NCBI GenBank assembly: GCA_963716745.1
Contig: OY970320.1
Location: 2,560,001 to 2,624,000 of the forward strand
Source: an uncultured Gemmatimonadaceae bacterium
GTDB taxonomy: Bacteria; Gemmatimonadota; Gemmatimonadetes; Gemmatimonadales; Gemmatimonadaceae
DNA length: 64,000 bases
Reading direction: 5' to 3'
The position numbers and the translations under genes are program-made. Positions 10,553 to 20,085 of this stretch are shown piece by piece. The notes below the pieces were generated by a model, which saw only the letters and a list, made by a program, of their open reading frames with translations, was not told the origin of the DNA and ran no database searches. Each line of letters opens with the position of its first letter. Positions within the stretch are counted from its first letter, which is position 1.

Positions 10553-10570
10553 CAGTGTACGTCTGCCCTT

Positions 10571-10599
10571 TTGCCCGAACGCCTCTCCCTGGTTATACT
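10571..10599 (+). promoter_or_regulatory. Sigma70-type promoter upstream of the NYN gene leader
   Basis: TTGCCC-N17-TATACT. Confidence 0.65.
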
Positions 10600-10898
10600 T
10601 AAGGCACCGATGCGCACCACGAACACAGTTTGATGCCGCTCCGCTCGACCCTCGAAAGCGACGGCGCGCAGTACGCGGGACATTCTCCCGCGCTCGCGCC
10701 CACCGCTGCGGGTCGGCCGGCATCACGCAGCAACGTGGGAGCGCCTGCGGCCAGACAATCGCCCGCCGCGGACACCGCCAATGGTCGTGCCCGCACCCGC
10801 TGCTTCGAGCCCGTCTCGCTCCCATGGAGCGCTCAGGGGAAGCGGCGGTTCACCGGGCGGCCTGCCGCGCCTTTTCACACCGTCTCACCACCAGGTAA

Positions 10899-12635
10899 AT
10901 GACACCACGATCCAAGCGGCCACTCGGCGCCGCCGCGCACCGTCCGGCGGCCATCCGCCAGTCGGTCGCCCCAATGCACCGCGGACCCCAGGCCAACATC
11001 CTCTCCGCACCGCTCCAGCAGCCACCCTCGGCGTTCCACAGCGACTCCAGCGCCGCCCTCCTCATCGACTTCGACAACGTCACGATGGGGATCCGTTCCG
11101 ACTTGGGACACGAACTCCGCAACCTCCTCTCGAGCGACATCATCAAGGGGAAGGTCGCGGTGCAGCGTGCCTACGCCGACTGGCGCCGCTATCCGCAGTA
11201 CATCGTGCCGCTCGCCGAGAGCTCGATCGACATGATCATGGCGCCCGCGTACGGCAGCTCCAAGAAGAACGCCACCGACATCCGCCTCGCGGTCGACGCG
11301 ATCGAGCTGGTGTTCACACGCCCCGAGATCGACACCTTCATCCTGCTCTCCGGCGACTCCGATTTCGCGAGCCTCGTCACGAAGCTCAAGGAGTACAGCA
11401 AGTACGTGATCGGCGTGGGCATTCGCGAGAGCTCGAGCGATCTGCTCGTGATGAATTGCAACGAGTACTACAGCTACAACGCGCTCGCCGGTCTCGTGAA
11501 GTCGGGCGATGAGGAGACCACGAAGCGCGATCCGTGGGAGCTCGTGCTCGAAGCGGTGCAGCGCATGAAGCGCAACGGCGACGTCATGCGCTCCGACCGC
11601 CTCAAGCAGGTCATGCAGGAGATCGACAACAGCTTCGACGAGGGCAACCTCGGCATGGCCAAGTTCTCCCGCTTCTGTCAGGAAGCCGCGGCGAAGGGTC
11701 TGCTCAAGATCTCGCGCCTCGAGAACGGCCAGATGGAGATCGACGTGCCCGATGGCACGCCATCGCTCCCGCAGTCGCCATCGGTGCTGCCGAGCGCGGA
11801 GCGCCGGGTGGCCACCGCCGCCGGCACGCCGGAGAATCGCCGCCGCGGCCGCCGCGGCGGACGAGGCCGCGGACGCGACCGCGAAGAGAACGGCGCACCG
11901 CGCGCCGAAATGTCGGAGACCGCCCCGGAACTCGTCCCCGACGCCGCGCCAGAGTTCGATCTGGAACCGCGTGAGGTCGCGATCGAGGCGCGAGTCCCGA
12001 GTGCCGAGTCCCGCGCTGTCGATGCCGAGATGACCGGCATGCGTCTCAGCCGCGACGAAGCGTTCACGCTCATCCGCCGCGCCGTCGATTCGCTCTCGAG
12101 CGGACCCGACGACTCCGTTTCCGCCAGCCGCGTGCGCGCGAAAGCGCGCGAGCTGCTGGGCCGCGACAGCGAGACGCTCAGCGAGCGCCACTTCCACCGC
12201 ATCCTGCGCGACATGCACGACGCGGAGCAGATCGATCTTCGCAAGCGCGGCGATGATTACGAAGTGTCGCCGTCGCCCGACGCGCCGCCCATCGCCGAGC
12301 AGTTGGCGGCGTCCGAGGCTGTTGCCGTCGCGGCGGCCGACGCCAGTCAGGCGGGACGCAGCGCGTCAAACGCGGCTTCGCTGCGCCGCGGCATTCGCGG
12401 CCGCGGGCGCGGGCGTGGTGGCCCGGGCGAATTGCCTCCCGGTCTTCTCAGCGTGGGTATCGTCGACCACGGCACTCCAGCGCTCGTGGATGCGCCGGCG
12501 AGCGATGATGCCGACGAGTCCGACGACGACGCGCCGGCGCCCGCCGCCATCGCAGGCGAGAAAGCGCCCGTGAAACGCCGTCGCGGCATTCGCGGCGGCC
12601 GCGCGCGGAAGAAGAAGGAACCCGGCGCCGAGTAG
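10899..12635 (+). CDS. NYN-domain (LabA/DUF88, PIN-like) ribonuclease with LOTUS/OST-HTH-like domain(s) and Arg/Gly-rich disordered segments
   Basis: LLIDFDNV, RAYADW, KNATDIRLAVDA, LSGDSDF, VIGVG; LKQVMQEIDNSFDEGNLGMAKFSRF; RRRGRRGGRGR. Confidence 0.88.
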   Translation: MTPRSKRPLGAAAHRPAAIRQSVAPMHRGPQANILSAPLQQPPSAFHSDSSAALLIDFDNVTMGIRSDLGHELRNLLSSDIIKGKVAVQRAYADWRRYPQYIVPLAESSIDMIMAPAYGSSKKNATDIRLAVDAIELVFTRPEIDTFILLSGDSDFASLVTKLKEYSKYVIGVGIRESSSDLLVMNCNEYYSYNALAGLVKSGDEETTKRDPWELVLEAVQRMKRNGDVMRSDRLKQVMQEIDNSFDEGNLGMAKFSRFCQEAAAKGLLKISRLENGQMEIDVPDGTPSLPQSPSVLPSAERRVATAAGTPENRRRGRRGGRGRGRDREENGAPRAEMSETAPELVPDAAPEFDLEPREVAIEARVPSAESRAVDAEMTGMRLSRDEAFTLIRRAVDSLSSGPDDSVSASRVRAKARELLGRDSETLSERHFHRILRDMHDAEQIDLRKRGDDYEVSPSPDAPPIAEQLAASEAVAVAAADASQAGRSASNAASLRRGIRGRGRGRGGPGELPPGLLSVGIVDHGTPALVDAPASDDADESDDDAPAPAAIAGEKAPVKRRRGIRGGRARKKKEPGAE

Positions 12636-12639
12636 CGCG

Positions 12640-13269
12640 GTGGGCGCTCCGCTCCCCGCGGCCTTCTACGATCGCGACACCGAGCTCGTCGCACGCGACC
12701 TGCTCGGCAAAGTCCTCCGGTGCGTCACGCCGGAGGGCGTCGCGAGCGGGCGCATCGTCGAGACCGAGGCCTACGTCGGCGAGCACGATGCCGCGTGCCA
12801 CGCCGCGGCCGGCCGCACCGCGCGCACCGAGGTGCTGTACGGGAAGCCCGGCCGCGCCTACGTGTATTTCATCTACGGCATGCACTGGTGCGTGAACGCC
12901 GTCACGCGCGCCCAGGGGCTGCCCAGTGCCGTGCTTATCCGCGCGATCGAACCCATTGAGGGTGTCGAGTTGATGCGCTCGCGCCGCCGCGGAGCGCGCG
13001 CGACGCGCGATCTCACCAACGGCCCGGGCAAACTCTGCGCCGCGCTCGGCATCACCGGCGCGCAGAACGGCGTCTCGCTGCGCGATTCCGCGCTCACGAT
13101 CCGCGCCGGCGCGCCCGTGCGCGATCGCGACGTCGCGATCACGCCGCGCATCGGCATCGCCAAGGCGGCGGACTGGCCATTGCGCTTCATCGTCCGCGAG
13201 AGTGAATTCGTATCGAAGGCCGTTCGCCGTCCCGCCACGCGCCACCACCGGAGAGTTATCGTCCCATGA
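12640..13269 (+). CDS. mpg: DNA-3-methyladenine glycosylase (AAG/MPG family)
   Basis: VARDLLGK, GRIVETEAY, YVYFIYGMHWCVN, AVLIRAIEP, NGPGKLC, PRIGI. Confidence 0.95.
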   Translation: MGAPLPAAFYDRDTELVARDLLGKVLRCVTPEGVASGRIVETEAYVGEHDAACHAAAGRTARTEVLYGKPGRAYVYFIYGMHWCVNAVTRAQGLPSAVLIRAIEPIEGVELMRSRRRGARATRDLTNGPGKLCAALGITGAQNGVSLRDSALTIRAGAPVRDRDVAITPRIGIAKAADWPLRFIVRESEFVSKAVRRPATRHHRRVIVP

Positions 13270-14510
13270 GACATATCCCGCTCCTCGCACTCGCCGCCGC
13301 GCTCGCCGCGCGCGCGCTCGCCCAGACCCCGGCCGCGCCCATGAATCCAACGTCCGTCGCACCCGCCGGCGTCTCCGAACGCGCGATGAAGATCTGGCGC
13401 AATGCGATCGTGATCGATACGCACAACGATTTCCCCTCGAAGATGGCGGATGAGCACGTCAAGTTCGAAGACCGTCATCCCGCGGGCCCGGTCATGACCG
13501 ACATCCCGCGCCTCTTCGACGGCGGCGTCACCGCCGTGTTCGCTTCCGATTTCGTGGACGCGAAGTACGCGCTCACCAATCCGAATTCCTCGTACGCGCG
13601 TGCGGTCGAGCTCGCCGACACCGTGCACGCGCTCGTCGCGCGCAACCCGAACACGCTCCTGTTCGCCACGACGGCCGCCGACGTCGAGCGCGCCAAGAGA
13701 GAAGGGAAGATCGCGATCTTCATCGGCGTCGAAGGCGGCCACGCGATCGAGAACTCGCTCGCCAAACTCGACGATCTGTACGCGCGCGGCGTGCGCTACA
13801 TGACCCTCACGTGGAACAATGGGAACGAGTGGGCCGGCGCCGCGGCGGGCGTGAACAACACCAGCACCGGCGGGCTCACGCCCTTCGGCGTGCAGGTCGT
13901 GCACGAGATGAACCGCCTCGGCATGTTCGTCGACGTTTCGCACGTCTCCGAGCAGACCTTCTACGACGCCATCAAGGCGTCGAGCGTGCCCGTGATCGCG
14001 TCGCATTCGAGCTCGCGCGCGCTCTCCGACCACCGGCGCAATCTCAAGGATGACCAGCTCCGCGCCATCGCGAAGAACGGCGGCGTCGTGAACGTGAACT
14101 TCTACCCGGCGTTCATCGACACGCGCTATCGCGAGGCCACCGCCGCCGCGTCCGACGCGGTCGCCAAGTGGCGCGACTCCGCGCTCAAGGCGCCCGGCGC
14201 CGACAGCGCCGCCGTTCGCGCCGAGGCGGCCAAGCGCACCGACGCCGCCGTCGCGGCCGTGCCGCTCCCCGCGCTCTCGGTGCTGCTCGACCACTTCGAT
14301 CACATCGCGAAGATCGCGGGCGTGGATCACGTGGGCATCGGCAGCGACTTCGATGGCATCGACGTGGCGCCGCAGCAGATGGAGGATGTCTCGATGCTGC
14401 CCCGCATCGCGCAAGGCCTGCTCGACCGCGGCTACTCCGAGGCGGACATCCAGAAGATGATCGGCGGCAATATGATCAGGGTGATGAAACAAGTCCTCAA
14501 GGCGCATTGA
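13266..14510 (+). CDS. Exported membrane dipeptidase (peptidase M19)
   Basis: Signal peptide; IDTHND, GVEGGH, YMTLTW, DVSH, SHS, RNLKDDQL, HVGIGSDFDG. Confidence 0.92.
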   Translation: MRHIPLLALAAALAARALAQTPAAPMNPTSVAPAGVSERAMKIWRNAIVIDTHNDFPSKMADEHVKFEDRHPAGPVMTDIPRLFDGGVTAVFASDFVDAKYALTNPNSSYARAVELADTVHALVARNPNTLLFATTAADVERAKREGKIAIFIGVEGGHAIENSLAKLDDLYARGVRYMTLTWNNGNEWAGAAAGVNNTSTGGLTPFGVQVVHEMNRLGMFVDVSHVSEQTFYDAIKASSVPVIASHSSSRALSDHRRNLKDDQLRAIAKNGGVVNVNFYPAFIDTRYREATAAASDAVAKWRDSALKAPGADSAAVRAEAAKRTDAAVAAVPLPALSVLLDHFDHIAKIAGVDHVGIGSDFDGIDVAPQQMEDVSMLPRIAQGLLDRGYSEADIQKMIGGNMIRVMKQVLKAH

Positions 14511-14558
14511 ACCGTAGGGGCGCGTGTAGGTCCTAGTACCACTTGAACCACGCGTATG

Positions 14559-14638
14559 GCAACTGAGCGTATGGTACGACATGGCGTGAGTAGGACCGGC
14601 GACCCACTCACGCCATGCGGTACCATACGCTCAGTTGC
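14559..14638. repeat. Long imperfect inverted repeat (about 80 nt) between convergent genes
   Basis: gcaactgagcgtatggtac...atggcgtgagt pairs with actcacgccat...gtaccatacgctcagttgc; followed by two direct copies of gttccagcggtac. Confidence 0.85.
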
Positions 14639-14711
14639 TAAACGCGCAGTTCCAGCGGTACTAAGGCCCACACCCGCTGTTCCAGCGGTACCACTCGCCA
14701 CTCGCGCCAAT

Positions 14712-14750
14712 AAAAAAGCGGCGGCGCGATCCGGTTCGCGCCGCCACTTT
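14712..14750 (-). terminator. Intrinsic, likely bidirectional terminator
   Basis: aaaaaagcggcggcgcga-tccggt-tcgcgccgccacttt. Confidence 0.75.
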
Positions 14751-14771
14751 GTGCATCGCGCCCCCGCGGAG

Positions 14772-15419
14772 CTAGTGCCCGCTGTCCTGTGACGGCCCGA
14801 AGTTCATCCGGACGCCGCCTTCCAACAGATACGCCGCGCGGCCGTTCAGGATGAAATTGCTGGGCGTGGGCATGTAGATCAGGTTGCCGAAGATCGCGAC
14901 GCGCTTGAGCTGCGCGTGCAAGCCCACGAGCAGGTTGAACTGGATGCCGTCCTTCTGCTCGTTCAGGTTGTGCTGCACCTGTTGCGCGACGTTCGGATTC
15001 AGGATCGAGTCCGTGATGATCGCCGAATGCGACAGGTTCATGATGAACCCGCCGCCCGCGTAGAGGTGCAGGCCGCCCCACGCGATGGGGAGGGCGACCA
15101 CGTCCGCCATGACCTGCGTCATGTCGTGGATCTGCACATTGTAGGGCGTGCCGTTGTTGTCCGTCACGGCCGCGTTCGCGGTGAAGAACGCCTGGCCGAT
15201 CGAGAGGTACAGGCCGCCGCGCGTCTTCGTGATGAACCACTCGGCGTTCACCACCGGCGCCGTCTGATTCGAGACGGTGGCAGTCGAGAACGACATCGCG
15301 CCGGCGTTCAATCCCCAGAACCACGAATCGTTGAACAGGCGCCCTCCCTGAGCGGAGCTGGCCGACGGCGCCAGTGCAACAAGGGCGAGACCGGATGCGA
15401 GCCACCGGACCATGCGCAT
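14772..15419 (-). CDS. Putative small outer-membrane beta-barrel protein
   Basis: Signal peptide ending SSAQ; alternating aromatic/hydrophobic strands; AGGAG RBS. Confidence 0.65.
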   Translation of the reverse strand: MRMVRWLASGLALVALAPSASSAQGGRLFNDSWFWGLNAGAMSFSTATVSNQTAPVVNAEWFITKTRGGLYLSIGQAFFTANAAVTDNNGTPYNVQIHDMTQVMADVVALPIAWGGLHLYAGGGFIMNLSHSAIITDSILNPNVAQQVQHNLNEQKDGIQFNLLVGLHAQLKRVAIFGNLIYMPTPSNFILNGRAAYLLEGGVRMNFGPSQDSGH

Positions 15420-15650
15420 GGTGAAGCTCCTCGTACGTGTGGTGTTGAAGATCAGAAAGAAGTGCTGTCGCCCGTCTGTCGCCGCTCAGAGTGCGAGCGG
15501 GCGGAGCAGGGCACCGAACGCCGGATAACGAGGTCGATCATGAAAAGGGACGAGGCGAAGTCCCCATGCGTCACGGACTTGCCCGCTCTCACGAACAGAC
15601 CCCCAACCCTGCCGCTTGACCACCGCCCCCACCGCCTCCACTTTGCCAAC

Positions 15651-16018
15651 GTGATCCATCCTCTGAGCGTCCCCTGACGCCGCTCGCCGCGTCGCCCGCG
15701 CTGGACCAGTTCCATAGCGCGGTCTACGGCACCGTATTCGGCCGCCGCATGGATGTCGTGCACCGCCTGAACGCCGGCGACCGGCTGATCCTCGTGCCCG
15801 ACGCGCCCGGCACCGACAATCCTGCCGTCTGGGTACACGCGCGAGGCGGCGATGTCGTTGGGCACCTCCCCTTCGCGATCTGTGGCTGGCTCGTGCCGTG
15901 GATGCTCGGCGGCGGGCGGTGCAGCGCCCAGGTCGAGAAGGTGGGATCGGACGAGACCCCGAGCTGGCGCCGCCTGATCATCCGCGTCCACTTCCTGGGA
16001 CGGCCAGCGAGCAACTGA
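15651..16018 (+). CDS. Stand-alone HIRAN-domain protein (ORF track start 15749; probable true start GTG at 15651 with an indel in the C-run near 15673)
   Basis: In-frame upstream extension FHSAVYGTVFGRR plus LNAGDRLILVPD...DNPAVWV...VGHLP matches the HIRAN pattern. Confidence 0.65.
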
Positions 16019-16020
16019 GG

Positions 16021-17223
16021 TTACTTCAGCAGTCCGCTCTTGATCCCCACGCGCTTGAACGCCGACACCGCCTGATCGAGGTCGTCGCGCGTATGCGCGG
16101 CCGAGAGCTGACAGCGGATTCGCGCGTGACCCTGCGGGACGACCGGGAAGCCGAAGCCGGTCACGAACACGCCTTCGTCGAGCATCATCTCGCTGATCTT
16201 GATCGCGAGTGACGTCTCGCCCACGATGATGGGGACGATCGGCGTCTCGCCCGCGAGCGGCTTGAATCCCGCTTCGGTGATCGCCGCGCGGAAATAACGG
16301 GCGTTCTCGTGCAGCCGTGCGACGCGCTGCGGCTCGCGCTCGATCACTCGCACCGCCTCGAGCGAGCTCGCTGCTACAGTGGGCGGGAGTGCATTGGAGA
16401 AGAGCTGCGGACGCGACCGCTGCGTCAGGTAATCCGTGAGCGCGGCCGAACCCGCGGTGAATCCGCCGGCCGCGCCGCCCACCGCCTTCCCCAGCGTGGA
16501 GGTGATGACGTCCACCTCGCCCAGCACGCCGCAGTGCTCCGCGGTGCCGCGCCCTTTCGCGCCGAGCACGCCGGTCGCGTGCGAGTCGTCCACCACGACG
16601 ATGGCATCATGCTCGCGCGCGAGCTGCAGGATCGCGGGCAGCTTCGCGATGTCGCCTTCCATGGAGAAGATCCCGTCGGTCCAGATGATCCGCCGCCGCG
16701 CACTCTTCGCGCTCACGAGCTTCGCGCGCAGATCATCCATGTCGGAATGCTGGTACACCGCGGTCGTGCACTTCGTGATCGCCTTCGCCAGCCGCACTGA
16801 GTCGATGATCGACGCGTGGTTGAGCGCGTCGGAGACCACGAAGTCGCCCTCCGCGACGACGGTCGCCGTGAAGCCCTCGTTCGCGTTCCACGCCGACACG
16901 TAGCTCAGCGCGCTCTCGGTGCCCACGAACCGCGCGAGCGCGGACTCGAGCTCCCGGTGCACGGTGAACGTGCCGCAGATGAACCGCACGCTGCCCGTGC
17001 CCGCGCCGTACTTGTCGAGCGCCGTCTGGCCCGCGCGGATCACGCTCGGCTCATCGCACAGGCCGAGATAGTTGTTCGACGAAAGGATGAGCACCTCGCC
17101 GTGTCCTTCCATCTTCACGCGCGCCGACTGCGGCGACGCCAGGAAGTTCAGCCGCTTGTACACGCCATCCTGCTTGAACTGCTCGAGCGCGCCGCCGAGC
17201 TCGCGCGTGAAGTTCGCGTTCAC
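16021..17223 (-). CDS. kbl: Glycine C-acetyltransferase (2-amino-3-ketobutyrate CoA ligase)
   Basis: SNNYLGL, SVRFICGT, DALNHASIID, DDSHATG, TLGKAVGG, RSRPQLFSN; adjacent to tdh. Confidence 0.93.
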   Translation of the reverse strand: MNANFTRELGGALEQFKQDGVYKRLNFLASPQSARVKMEGHGEVLILSSNNYLGLCDEPSVIRAGQTALDKYGAGTGSVRFICGTFTVHRELESALARFVGTESALSYVSAWNANEGFTATVVAEGDFVVSDALNHASIIDSVRLAKAITKCTTAVYQHSDMDDLRAKLVSAKSARRRIIWTDGIFSMEGDIAKLPAILQLAREHDAIVVVDDSHATGVLGAKGRGTAEHCGVLGEVDVITSTLGKAVGGAAGGFTAGSAALTDYLTQRSRPQLFSNALPPTVAASSLEAVRVIEREPQRVARLHENARYFRAAITEAGFKPLAGETPIVPIIVGETSLAIKISEMMLDEGVFVTGFGFPVVPQGHARIRCQLSAAHTRDDLDQAVSAFKRVGIKSGLLK

Positions 17224-17230
17224 GGGGTCC

Positions 17231-18256
17231 TCATGCGATGTCGAAGATGACTTTGCCCGCCGCGCCCGACTTGATCGCGGCGATGGCGTCGTCGAACTTC
17301 TCGAGCGGGAACCGGTGCGTGATCACCGGCGCGGGGTCGAACTTCCCCGAGCGCAGGAAGCGCGACATCTGGTGCCACGTGTCGTACATCCGCCGGCCGG
17401 TCACACCGTACACGGTGACGCCCTTGAACACGAGCTCCGTCGCGAAATCGAACTCCATCGGCTTCGCGGGCACGCCGAGCATCTGCACGCGTCCCGCCGG
17501 GCGCACGAGCTTGAACGCCTGATGGATCGCGGCGGGCACGCCCGACATCTCGAGCACGACATCCACCCCCAGCCCGCCGGTCGCGCGCTTCACCGCCGCC
17601 TCGGCGTCCGGCGGGTGCACCACGTCGTGCGCGCCCATCTTCTTCGCGAGCGCGAGGCGCGTGTCGTTCACGTCGCTCGCGATCACGCGCGACGCGCCGG
17701 CCGCGATGCAGATCCCCACGGCGAAGATGCCGATCGGCCCGCACCCCGTGATCAGCACCGTCGCGCCCGGGATCTCGGCAGTGAGCGCGGTATGGAAGGC
17801 GTTGCCCATCGGATCGTGGATACCGCCAATGTCGTAGGAGATGTCGGGATCCAGATGCCAGATGTTCGTGGCCGGCATCGCAATGAAGTCGGCGAAGCAG
17901 CCGTCGCGGTCCACGCCGATCACGCGCGTGTTCTGACAGGCGTGCGCGTTCCCGGTGCGGCAGAGCATGCATGTGCCATCTACGATGTGGCCTTCGGCGG
18001 TCACGCGGTCGCCCTCTTTCACATCGCGCACGAGCGGCCCGACGCGCACGACGTCGCCGGCGAACTCGTGGCCCACGGTGAATGGCGGCTTGCAGCGCCC
18101 GCTCGCCCAGTCATCCCACTCGTAGATATGGACATCCGTGCCGCACACGCCGGCGCGGCGTACACGGATGAGGACCTCGTCATCGCGGATCGTGGGTTCC
18201 GGCACCTGCTTCATCACGAATCCCGGTCCCGCCCGCTCTTTCACCAGTGCACGCAT
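17231..18256 (-). CDS. tdh: L-threonine 3-dehydrogenase
   Basis: MRALVK start; GVCGTDVHIYEWD, GHEFAG, EGHIV, DPMGNAFHT, GVTGRRMYDTW. Confidence 0.95.
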   Translation of the reverse strand: MRALVKERAGPGFVMKQVPEPTIRDDEVLIRVRRAGVCGTDVHIYEWDDWASGRCKPPFTVGHEFAGDVVRVGPLVRDVKEGDRVTAEGHIVDGTCMLCRTGNAHACQNTRVIGVDRDGCFADFIAMPATNIWHLDPDISYDIGGIHDPMGNAFHTALTAEIPGATVLITGCGPIGIFAVGICIAAGASRVIASDVNDTRLALAKKMGAHDVVHPPDAEAAVKRATGGLGVDVVLEMSGVPAAIHQAFKLVRPAGRVQMLGVPAKPMEFDFATELVFKGVTVYGVTGRRMYDTWHQMSRFLRSGKFDPAPVITHRFPLEKFDDAIAAIKSGAAGKVIFDIA

Positions 18257-18447
18257 GCGCGAAAGATGCGGTGCCGGCAATGTCACCGCCACCGGGCGCC
18301 ATCGAATCCGCTTTCTCGGCCGTATTGATGCACCGGCATGCGACAGTCGACAGCCGACAGCCCGCTGTGCGCTCTCGTCGAACCTTGCTGTCCATGGGCG
18401 TCCGGAACATACTCATCATTACTATTTACCCTCTCCCAGGTAGACGC

Positions 18448-20085
18448 ATGGATCCCACTTCCCGCCGCGAATTCCTCATCAAGTCCGGCGCCGCCGCGGC
18501 CGCGCTCGGCATCGCTTCCCTCGGAGACAACGCCGCCGCGCAGACCCTCGTGCGGCCCGTCGCTGAGATCTCCGCCGGCAATGCGTCGGTGAAGGAACTC
18601 GCGCTCCTCGGCGTGGACGCCGCCAAGAAGGCCGGCGCGCAGTATGCCGACGTGCGCATCTCGCAGAACCGAAGCCAGCGCATCTTCACACGCGAGCACC
18701 GCGTGCAGTCGCTCGACGACTCCGAGACCTTCGGCGTCGGCGTGCGCGTGCTCTCGAATGGCGCGTGGGGATTCGCCGCCGGCCGCGAACTCACGAAGGA
18801 CCAGGTGCTCAAGCTCGTGAAGCGCGCGATGGCGCAGGCGCAGGCCAACCGGAGCGCCCTCGTGCGCCCGGTAGTGCTCGCGCCCGTCAAGCCGACGCCC
18901 AACGGCACCTGGAACACGCCCATCGAGATCGATCCGTTCAGCGTCGCCATCGAGGACAAGGTGGCGCTGCTGCTCTCCGCGAACGACGCCGCGCTGAAGG
19001 TCGACGGCGCGCGCTTCGTCACCTCGGGCATGTTCTTCCTGCGCGAGGAGAAGACCCTCGCCACGAGCGACGGTACGTTCGTCGTGCAGACCATCTACCG
19101 CGCGCAGCCCACGATGACGGTCACGGCCGTCGCGAAGGACTTCTCCGATTTCCAGACGCGCCAGAGCACCGACGTACAGCCGAAGGGTCTGGGCTACGAA
19201 CATGTGCGCGACGCCAAGCTCATCGAGAACGCGCCGCGCTGGGCCTCCGAAGCCGTGCAGAAACTCTCGGCCAAACCGGTAGATGTGGGCAAGTACGACC
19301 TCGTACTGCATCCCACGCATCTCTGGCTCACGATCCACGAATCGATCGCCCACCCCACCGAGCTCGACCGCGCGATGGGATTCGAAGCCAACTATGCGGG
19401 CACGAGTTTTGTCTCACCACCGGACAAGATGCTCGGCCAATTCCGCTACGGCCCCGAGATCATGAACATCCAGGGCGACCGGAGCCAGGTAGGCTCGCTC
19501 GGCGCCATCGGATGGGATGACGAGGGCGTCGCGCCCGACACCTTCCTCGTGATCAAGAAGGGGATCGTGAACGATTACCAGACCACGCGAGAGCAGGCGC
19601 TGTGGCTCGATTGGTGGTACAAGAAGCAAGGGATTGAAACCCGGTCGCACGGCTGCTCGTACTCGCAATCATGGGCCGACGTGCAGTTCCAGCGTATGCC
19701 GAACATCTCGCTCCTGCCGGGCGAGAAGGAACAGTCGTGGGAGGATCTGATCGCCGCGACGGACAACGGGATCGCGATCATCGGCGAGGGGTCGTTCTCG
19801 ATCGACCAGCAGCGCTACAACGCGCAGTTCGGCGGACAGCTCTTCTACGAGATCAAGGGCGGCAAGATCGCCGGCATGCTCAAGGATGTGGCCTATCAGA
19901 TGCGGACTCCGGAGTTCTGGAATTCCATGGATATGATCGGCGGCAAGAGCAGCTACATGCTCGGCGGCGCGTTCAACGACGGGAAGGGACAGCCGTCGCA
20001 GTCGAACGCCGTGAGCCATGGATGCGTGCCCTCGCGGTTCAAACAGATCAACGTGATCAATACCGGGAGGAAGGCGAACTCATGA
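18448..20085 (+). CDS. tldD: TldD metalloprotease subunit with a Tat signal peptide (copy 1)
   Basis: SRREFLIK twin-arginine motif; YADVR, HESIAHPTELDR, QRMPN, SFSIDQQRYNAQF. Confidence 0.92.
   Translation: MDPTSRREFLIKSGAAAAALGIASLGDNAAAQTLVRPVAEISAGNASVKELALLGVDAAKKAGAQYADVRISQNRSQRIFTREHRVQSLDDSETFGVGVRVLSNGAWGFAAGRELTKDQVLKLVKRAMAQAQANRSALVRPVVLAPVKPTPNGTWNTPIEIDPFSVAIEDKVALLLSANDAALKVDGARFVTSGMFFLREEKTLATSDGTFVVQTIYRAQPTMTVTAVAKDFSDFQTRQSTDVQPKGLGYEHVRDAKLIENAPRWASEAVQKLSAKPVDVGKYDLVLHPTHLWLTIHESIAHPTELDRAMGFEANYAGTSFVSPPDKMLGQFRYGPEIMNIQGDRSQVGSLGAIGWDDEGVAPDTFLVIKKGIVNDYQTTREQALWLDWWYKKQGIETRSHGCSYSQSWADVQFQRMPNISLLPGEKEQSWEDLIAATDNGIAIIGEGSFSIDQQRYNAQFGGQLFYEIKGGKIAGMLKDVAYQMRTPEFWNSMDMIGGKSSYMLGGAFNDGKGQPSQSNAVSHGCVPSRFKQINVINTGRKANS

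Noticed and set aside
14432..14792. Short ORFs across the palindrome (14432..14710, 14556..14792) and across 48382-48737
   Set aside because: Translations of inverted or tandem repeats, with no RBS or coding signature
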